A DNA stretch of 58,801 nucleotides, the filler included, from Dugesia japonica (taxonomy: Eukaryota), in assembly GCA_001938525.1 (NCBI GenBank). It is 6 parts of 6 records of this genome, joined end to end, with 100 filler letters (N's around TTAATTAATTAA, not from the genome) between each part and the next. Parts side by side here need not be neighbours in the genome. Positions count along the whole stretch, not along the records: positions 47,806 to 58,801 come from MQRL01616857.1; 5 more parts are not named here. One strand, written 5' to 3'. Below the pieces are notes generated by a model. The model did not search any database and was not told where the DNA came from. It worked only from the letters and a program-made list of their open reading frames with translations. The position numbers and the translations under genes were made by a program. Within the stretch, counting starts at the first letter, position 1. Each line of letters opens with the position of its first letter. Positions 51,401 to 58,801 of this stretch are shown here, piece after piece.

Positions 51401-51447
51401 CTAGAAAAATTTAAATTAAATACATGTGAAATAATTTCCCAACTGAC

Positions 51448-51604
51448 CAATTGCAAAAATTTCACCAAATGTACTTATCAACGACATACGAGATCTAGGA
51501 ACTTTCATCGATGATACAAAAGTCCATTGATTGGTAATTACATTAAAAATTTCTACAGACGATAAAAAATTGACGCCATCATAACCACCAGCAGCATATA
51601 TTGA
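51448..51604 (-). CDS. KLHL18: Kelch-like protein (KLHL18-like), exon
   Basis: SIYAAGGYDGVNFLSSVEIFN...QWTFVSSMKVPRSRMSL; canonical splice sites in phase. Confidence 0.85.
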
Positions 51605-52515
51605 CTAAAATAATTTAATCAAACGCGATAAATATAAATTTTAAAAAATAAGTAACAAAAACTTAGTTTTGTGGAAAATATTTAGATAAATCATTTCATA
51701 TTATTCAAAAATCTGATTTAATATACGTTTTCTCTAAGTAAATAGCTGTAGTGTTTTTTTCATAATTTAAGATATGAAAATGATATTGTGGTGGTTTAAA
51801 ATAATATGCAGTTTCATTAAAATTAGATTTGTATTAGTAGGAATTATATTGCCTTTCAAATACATGCGCATCATCATTTTAAGGCAAAGGAAGCCTGCAC
51901 ATTGTATCTTTAAAACAATCTTGCAGCCCTTCGTTATCAGTCCATAAGTGTGTTCTATTACTATTACTTCAGTACACATTTTTATGTTATTAAATTTCGA
52001 GTTGGTTAAATGTAAATTCCATGCACACATTAATCTTGTTTTAATATTGAACAGAGAACTCAACGGTTATTCAAATATGTATTACCTTTAAAAATAATTA
52101 TACTGCCAACACCAAATTTTCATTAAAATAAAATCTACCATGAATATTGTAAAATAATTAATTATTTATATATATATATATATATACACCATACACTTCA
52201 GCTGTTCCTACATCGCTCTGGAGAGTCTGTTGGCTTCGATAGGATCTCTTTCACAATTAAATCACAAAAATTAAAATAAGATATTAAACATAAGAATAAA
52301 TATACGAAAAGAATAAATAATTAAGAAATTAAATCAAGAGATCCTTACGATAACAAAGTCTAGTATAAAATAAGTAAGGTGTTTAGACACAGGATCATCT
52401 CAATTCTAAACAAAATAATGAAAAATGAAAAACTTATAAAACTGAAAATTAATATTTTTTCAATACAATAAAAAGTATATAAAAAATTATCTCATAAGTA
52501 GAATAATGGTTTAAC

Positions 52516-52720
52516 TTGATTTAAAACTGCTACTCCATGTCGACAACGCCTACTCAACATGGGAGTGACAAAATCCCAACATTTCATAACTGGATTAAAG
52601 CATTCCACCGAATTATCAATTGCTAATCCATTATGACCACCTATTGCATACAATTTCTGTGATAAATGAACCACACCTGTAGCTGACCGACACTCTAGCA
52701 TAGGAGGAATGACTTTCCAT
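52516..52720 (-). CDS. KLHL18: Kelch-like protein (KLHL18-like), exon
   Basis: WKVIPPMLECRSATGV...LYAIGGHNGLAIDNSVECFNP...PMLSRRCRHGVAVL. Confidence 0.85.
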
Positions 52721-52766
52721 CTATAAAATTAATAAAACTGGAAAATGAATTCGCTAGAAAAGATAC

Positions 52767-52986
52767 CTATTTAACTTCGGACAATATTCTTCACAACTTT
52801 TTAAAGCTATAGTTCCGTCATAACCACCACAAACATATATTTTATCATTCATCATTGTTGCACCCAATGCACTACGGTTACAATTCATATTTGCCACAGA
52901 ACTCCATTTCATGGTTTTAGTGCTAAACACATCGACATGTGATAAACGTCGAGATCCATCGAAGCCCCCGATAACATAAATGCAAT
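52767..52986 (-). CDS. KLHL18: Kelch-like protein (KLHL18-like), exon
   Basis: CIYVIGGFDGSRRLSHVDVF...MNCNRSALGA...IYVCGGYDG; 46-nt downstream intron. BTB/BACK exons not identified. Confidence 0.85.
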
Positions 52987-53138
52987 CTAAAATTTAGATG
53001 AATTTTTTAACAATTTTAAGTATCAATAGTCAAATTTTAACAACTTATATAATATTATTTAAGACTTAGTAGTTTAAGATGTTTTGTCTACATATTAAAT
53101 TTTCGAAGTTATATGGTATAGTATAATACATTTAATAT

Positions 53139-53850
53139 CAATGATGTACAATCTTTGGCCCGCAATTTTTGCATGCATGGCCCGCGAGTTTGAGTAAAAT
53201 TGATATAAAATATTGGGAAAATCACCATCATTAAAATAATAAAGACAAGGAATATTAAAATCTTATAAATTTCGTTAAAAGAAAATTTTAAAAAACAGAT
53301 AATATTAACGTGTTAAATTGCCGAAGTAAATTAAACGTTTTCTAGCATATACATTAAATCTTTACTGTAAACTCGCAAGATTGATTTCATCGTCGAATTA
53401 CTTTAGACCAGCGTTTGTCAACATTTTCATTATTGAAAATTGGTAGAAAAAAAAAAATTTAACATAATTCGAAAAAGATAATTACATAAAATTTATTTAT
53501 TTATTTTATCACCGGTGAAATTTTTTGAAGAAATCCACTGTTGAGTAACAGTCCATCAACATGTTCGCTACCTACTACGAGTTAACTCGAATGTCAAAAT
53601 TTTTTTTTGCGCCGGCTGCGAGTTATATCGTAGAACGTCTTTTTCATTATCTACGCCACACAATTAAATTCATAGTATATTCATGTTCTCGTATAATCAA
53701 TAAAACAATTAAAAATTATCTGGAATCAATATCTTACCAATAAATGTTTTGTAGTTTTGTATTACAATTAAATAAAATTATTTGGCGTGGTGGACTCGCT
53801 TTTGAAAATGTCGCTCAGCAGCGAACGTGTTATCCATATCGAACATTTTG
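53139..53850 (+). mobile_element. hAT transposon remnant
   Basis: Terminal-like CAATGATGTACAATCTTTGGCCCGC with repeated GGCCCGC; hATC-like APAASYIVERLFHYL. Confidence 0.55.
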
Positions 53851-55561
53851 AACAAACGATTAATAAAATAATTTAAGAATAACATGAACTTCGTAAATAA
53901 ACATAATAATAAGATATTTATCTTTTTTAATATAAATTTGGTAATTAAAAATTACTAAAATAGTAATAATTTTAACTATATAATAATATATGATTAATTA
54001 AATACCAAAAATGAAATTTATCAATTTAATTCNATTTTCGCAAATATTTGTTGTGGATATTTAGTGGAATTACTTTGAACTAGTTTGTTTTTCTGTCAAT
54101 GATTGTAAGATATTTGTGCCCGTCATTTGGTAGTAATGGCATATATATTAAAAATATATCTACATTATTATTTCGAATGCTTCGCTACTGGGGATATTGA
54201 CCTTTTCGATTTTTATGTTTTTTGTTACCTTGTTTTTCTGGCAGCTTGAACATGTTTTGACATATATTTTTAATTACTGACTTGAAAATTATTATTATTC
54301 TTATAAATATTATTATTTGTATAAAAAATGTTTGAAAGATTATGATTTCGGTTGATTGAACAAAATTTTTTCCAGTTCTAAAAAATCAGTCAACCGGATG
54401 ATAGTTTTTAAATTTAAATTTCAAAGGTTCAGCAAGCAGCAAAGTGATAAGTTACAAAATGTTGCTGCTAGATGATAGAGCACAATGTGAATTTTTATTA
54501 TAAAGCGGCAAATAATAATAAGCAAAAAAATAATGTGAATGATTTTACAATGCTATCGGGTGGTTATTGTTCTACGACGTGTGCTGGATTTGAAAAAATG
54601 TAAGCGTCCTTAAAAGATGTATAAAACCCGATGATAAATGCAGCAGACCAGTTTAGAAGTAAAATTATAAATCATTACAACGTTTCAAAGATGCATAAAA
54701 TGGAATAGAATTCCTACAAAAATGTAAATATGACAAATTAAGTCGCCAACAAAACAGCTATATAAGCGAAAGCCAAACAACACAAAATAACTAAAAGCTT
54801 AGAACGTAGACGTAATTTCGTAAAAATCATATTAAAGTCTAAGCAACTTTTAAATTATTACTTTGAATATTACATCGAGGGTGAGAACAAATTAATACTA
54901 TTAATTCTAAGAGAATATCAATTTAGCAACAAAGCAATTTTCTATGAATTTTACATAGAATTAATTGTTAATTACCTTTCATCACCACTTCTGCGAGATC
55001 ATCCACCAGCACAGAATAAATGGTACGAACTAAAATCTATGTTTGTACTCGGCCAAAACAAAATGTGATATATTCCTAATAGACCGTAAAAAACTATTTA
55101 TTAATTATTGGCATGGTTCAATTGCCAACAGTTTAGGATTTTTAGAAAGTAAATCAGTTTCAACTTTCAAATAATTTGAAAATAAAATTTATTTAGACGA
55201 AGAAATTTTTAAATAAAATTATTATCGAGTATAATCTAAGAAATTACAACAATGAATATTTGAAACAAATTTGATGGACTATATTGAACTATATAAAAAT
55301 TGTTAATATTCCGACCAGAATATAATTAGAGCCTTTCACAACTTTTCCGATACTAATTGGCTTCGCGATCAAAAAAGTATATAAAGTATGTGCCATAGTT
55401 TGCAGACACTCACTGAATTGTTATTTTCTCGATTTATTATAATGTCACATCATCATGTATTGATTTTGTAAATAAATATGTTTCACAATTTTATCGTATA
55501 TTACGTGTTTAAACCTATTTTCATCGATTTAAATTATTCATGCCTTTTTAGGTTAAAGAAA

Positions 55562-56530
55562 ATGGAAGAGAAATGGCTATTAGAACCGTAATTAAATTTC
55601 ATTGGAAAAGAGGAATAAGTGCACGAAAAACAGTCGTTGAAATTTATGACGAAGAAGGCCAGGGAACCTTTGATCATGTTGCAGTATCCATTATATTCAA
55701 ACGCATTTCTAGTGGAGATAGTCTTTGTGATAAATCACTTTCAGGAAAACGGACGCTGGAACCAAAAGTTCTACGCAAAATCGTATGAGGCAATCTGAGA
55801 AATAGCACACGTCGATTTTCACATGACTTTAGGACTTCAAAATCATCCATACATCGTCACATTATCCTTATCGGGAAAGTGTACAGAGACTGTAGACTTG
55901 TACAACATGATTTAATTCCTTCACAAGCATAACGTCATGTAAAAGTGGGCCATAAACTGCTAAGCAATGCCTAGAACAACCATTTCCTTAACTGAATTGT
56001 CACCTGCAATGAAAAATGGATCGTGTACCACAATCCTGATATGAGAAGGCAATGATTGTACTCTGGTCAGTTGGTAAAAACTATCGGCAAACGAAAACGG
56101 TTCAAACAAAATTTTATGTTATGTGCTTCATAAAACTATGAAGTCTTGCTGCACATCGAATTAGTTTCAGATGGAGAAAGAATTAGGCCATATCTTTACT
56201 TTAAATAACTACAAAAAATTATTGCAATTCTGTTTTCTAGTCAGCCATGAACAAGTTCTTCTGCAACAAGACAACATACCACCGCACGTCGATCGAACAA
56301 GTTGCCAAAAAGTTGAAGACCTGGATGGCATCGAATTCCTACCTCATTAAGCTTACAGCTCGAACCCAGCACCTTCTGGTAACTAAATGTTCAAAACCAT
56401 GGCACATTTCTTATGAAACTGACAGTTTGAGAGTATTCACGAGGTTGAAACTGGGATTAGAGTATTTTTTGCTACTACATGGTATCGCCGTGGAATTTTA
56501 AAATTGGATGAAAGATAAAAAAGAACATAA
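55562..56530 (+). mobile_element. Mariner transposase pseudogene
   Basis: IRTVIKFHWKRGISA...; LVQHDL; IVTCNEKWIVY; LQQDNIPPH; AYSSNPAPS; multiple stops. Confidence 0.85.
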
Positions 56531-57119
56531 TTAATTGTATTTCGAATATTAATTATGTTTGCATTTTTTTATGATTTTGATAAAATTTTGTCAATATAAA
56601 GGCTGTTTTAATTTTAAATATTTATTGCTTAATAACTTTTAATTGCTTATTTAATTTTACATATTCAATAATTTGAATTTTGATATATTTAAAAATTATT
56701 ATTAATAGTTAAATTTAAAGTCTCACCAGTCTCTATAAATTGTTTATTGATTATTACAAAACTTTTCTTAAAAAATAAAAATATGAAATAAAAATTCACA
56801 AATTTCAAACAAATAATCTGAGAAATCTTAATAAANNNNNNNNNNNNNNNNNNNNNNNNNNNNNNNNNNNNNNNNNNNNNNNNNNNNNNNNNNNNNNNNN
56901 NNNNNNNNNNNNNNNNNNNNNNNNNNNNNNNNNNNNNNNNNNNNNNNNNNNNNNNNNNNNNNNNNNNNNNNNNNNNNNNNNNNNNNNNNNNNNNNNNNNN
57001 NNNNNNNNNNNNNNNNNNNNNNNNNNNNNNNNNNNNNNAAACTAATTTTAATATTAAACATAAAAATTAAAAAATCTCAGACATCCGAAATTCATGAATC
57101 GATACTCACAATTATAATT

Positions 57120-58045
57120 TAAATATATAAATAATGAGGAAATGATGGATATTTTATATGGAGCCAAATATTTTACTATCATATATTTTGGTAATTCTTA
57201 CTATAGTAGAAGTAACATATGACTCAAAATGTAAAACTGCATTTTCATCAAAAGGTGCATAATATTATTTAAAAGAATGCCATTTGGAACTGCAGCTGCT
57301 CCTGCTACTTCTCAGAAATTGATGAATAAGGTTTTAGGTCTGTTAAATTGGAAGAAAGCAGTGGATTACTTAGATGATATTTTAAGTTTTCCCGAAACTA
57401 ATAAAGAACACTATAAGATAATTGTTAATTTTTTGAAACGTATAAGAAACAGTTTAAAAAAAGTCCATCAAAATGTCATTTCATGAAAAACGAGATAAAA
57501 TGTCTGGGTCGTATTATTAATTCAAAAAGATTTTATACTGATAATGCAAAAATTGAAGCAATTTTTAATTTTGATACACCAAGATGTGTTACAAAAGTTA
57601 AGAAGTTTTTTATGTCTCGCAAATTATTATAAGACATTTATAAAGGATTACACAAAGTATTCAAAACGTTTAGAAAATCTATGTTGTAGTAGCTAGAAAG
57701 AAATATACTGGACAGATGAGTGCAAAATTCCTTTCAAAAATTTGAAAGCTAAATTAATGAAAGCTCTAGTTTTAAAATTTCTGAATTATTCTAAAGAATT
57801 TATATTGGATACTGATGCCAGTTTTGATAGAAAAGATGCAGTTTTAAGTCAAATTGATAACAATGATAAAGAAAGAGTTATGGCTTTAGGATCTAAAACC
57901 ACGAGTAAACACGATTTGGGTTATTGCATTACCAGGAAAGAACGTTTGACGATTGTTTATTTCACAGAAAGAGATTTCAATTAAGAAATGATCATAAAGC
58001 AATAATTTTTATACTGAAAACTAAAAGACCAATAACACCCCAATG
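57120..58045 (+). mobile_element. Gypsy RT/RNase H remnant
   Basis: RMPFGTAAAPATSQKLM, YLDDIL, FILDTDAS...AVLSQ, YCITRKE, NDHKAI. Confidence 0.88.
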
Positions 58046-58149
58046 TATTCAAAATATTATTAATCGCTTTATTGCGAATGTATTTTTTTTCATTAATATT
58101 GTTAAATGTAGTTTATATTCTAATGATTTATTATTTTATATTAATATAG

Positions 58150-58502
58150 GCACCGCCGGAACTGACTTCTATCTTTATCGGATTGTCCACAATTGATTGC
58201 AACGAAAAGATGAAGATATTAATTGTCTGAAAGAACGAATATCAGGATTGGAGCAGGAAGAGCAAACAATACTGAAATATCAGATCCAACACTACAATGA
58301 ACTGGCAGGGTTGCTCGAACGGTTAACTCAACACCTGAAAGATGCCCCAACGATCAACAAACAGTGGACCTATGAGCAACATGCATAACCCGAACAACAA
58401 AGTAAACGAATAATCACCAAAGTATATGCGGAAATTCCACAGTTGGTTCCGTACTCGGACGTCGACGATTATGAAGGAAGCCAAACAGCGACAAGTGTCT
58501 AA
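58150..58502 (+). pseudogene. Decayed coiled-coil ORF fragment of unknown origin
   Basis: After an AG acceptor: LYRIVHN*LQRKDEDINCLKERISGLEQEE...HA*PEQQSK...SV*. Confidence 0.4.
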
Positions 58503-58739
58503 ACCGTTCGAAGGAGTTTTGTTGTTTCAGCAATAAAATTTCTATTAAATATTTTCGTTGTTATTATATGAAGTCTCTCGATCATTTGTACCATTCCTTC
58601 CTGTTTAATTAACAAAAAAGAAGAAAAGGATCATAATTAATCAGTGCTATTCAGTATTATTAAGAACATTATTAATTTTTTACTATGTTGAAATCAGATA
58701 TAGAAAATTGAATTTAGTCAAGATGCGCGTAAATCTTAC

Positions 58740-58801
<62 letters not shown>
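58740..58801. repeat. (AAT)n microsatellite (also ~14210-14477, 18208-18275, 23256-23320, 28513-28580, 38291-38452, 39478-39632)
   Basis: Perfect AAT/ATT runs, usually next to N gaps. Confidence 0.95.

Noticed and set aside
51767-52063. Intronic ORF, possibly a piggyBac C-terminal remnant
   Set aside because: Only a vague AWN/Cys resemblance; not supportable.

Overview
This is very AT-rich eukaryotic (animal) DNA, most consistent with a triclad planarian such as Schmidtea or Dugesia. That assignment is an inference from the (AAT)n tracts, 46-47 nt introns and transposon content. The window is not one locus: five identical artificial 100-nt spacers (N44-TTAATTAATTAA-N44) join six unrelated ~8-11 kb contigs. 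Host genes present as partial spliced exon sets: Rab2-like GTPase (3' exons), ABHD4/5-like hydrolase, a class IIa HDAC (HDAC4/5/7-type N-terminal exon), a large Asn-rich orphan protein, and a KLHL18-like kelch protein. The rest is mostly decayed transposons: mariner/Tc1, hAT, MULE, Helitron, Gypsy, an RLE non-LTR element, a near-complete Penelope element and Polinton/Maverick ends. Most notable: (1) five otherwise dissimilar Polinton-like termini share an exactly spaced 21-bp motif AGTAG-K-N-R-GATA-N5-R-CAC, three of them stacked as nested insertions with a hairpin array and a periodic TGACTCA array; (2) four minimal hammerhead ribozymes, including a small fold-back repeat family whose palindrome axis maps to the predicted ribozyme cleavage site; (3) a probable giant Gypsy LTR region carrying decayed, splice-acceptor-led accessory ORFs.
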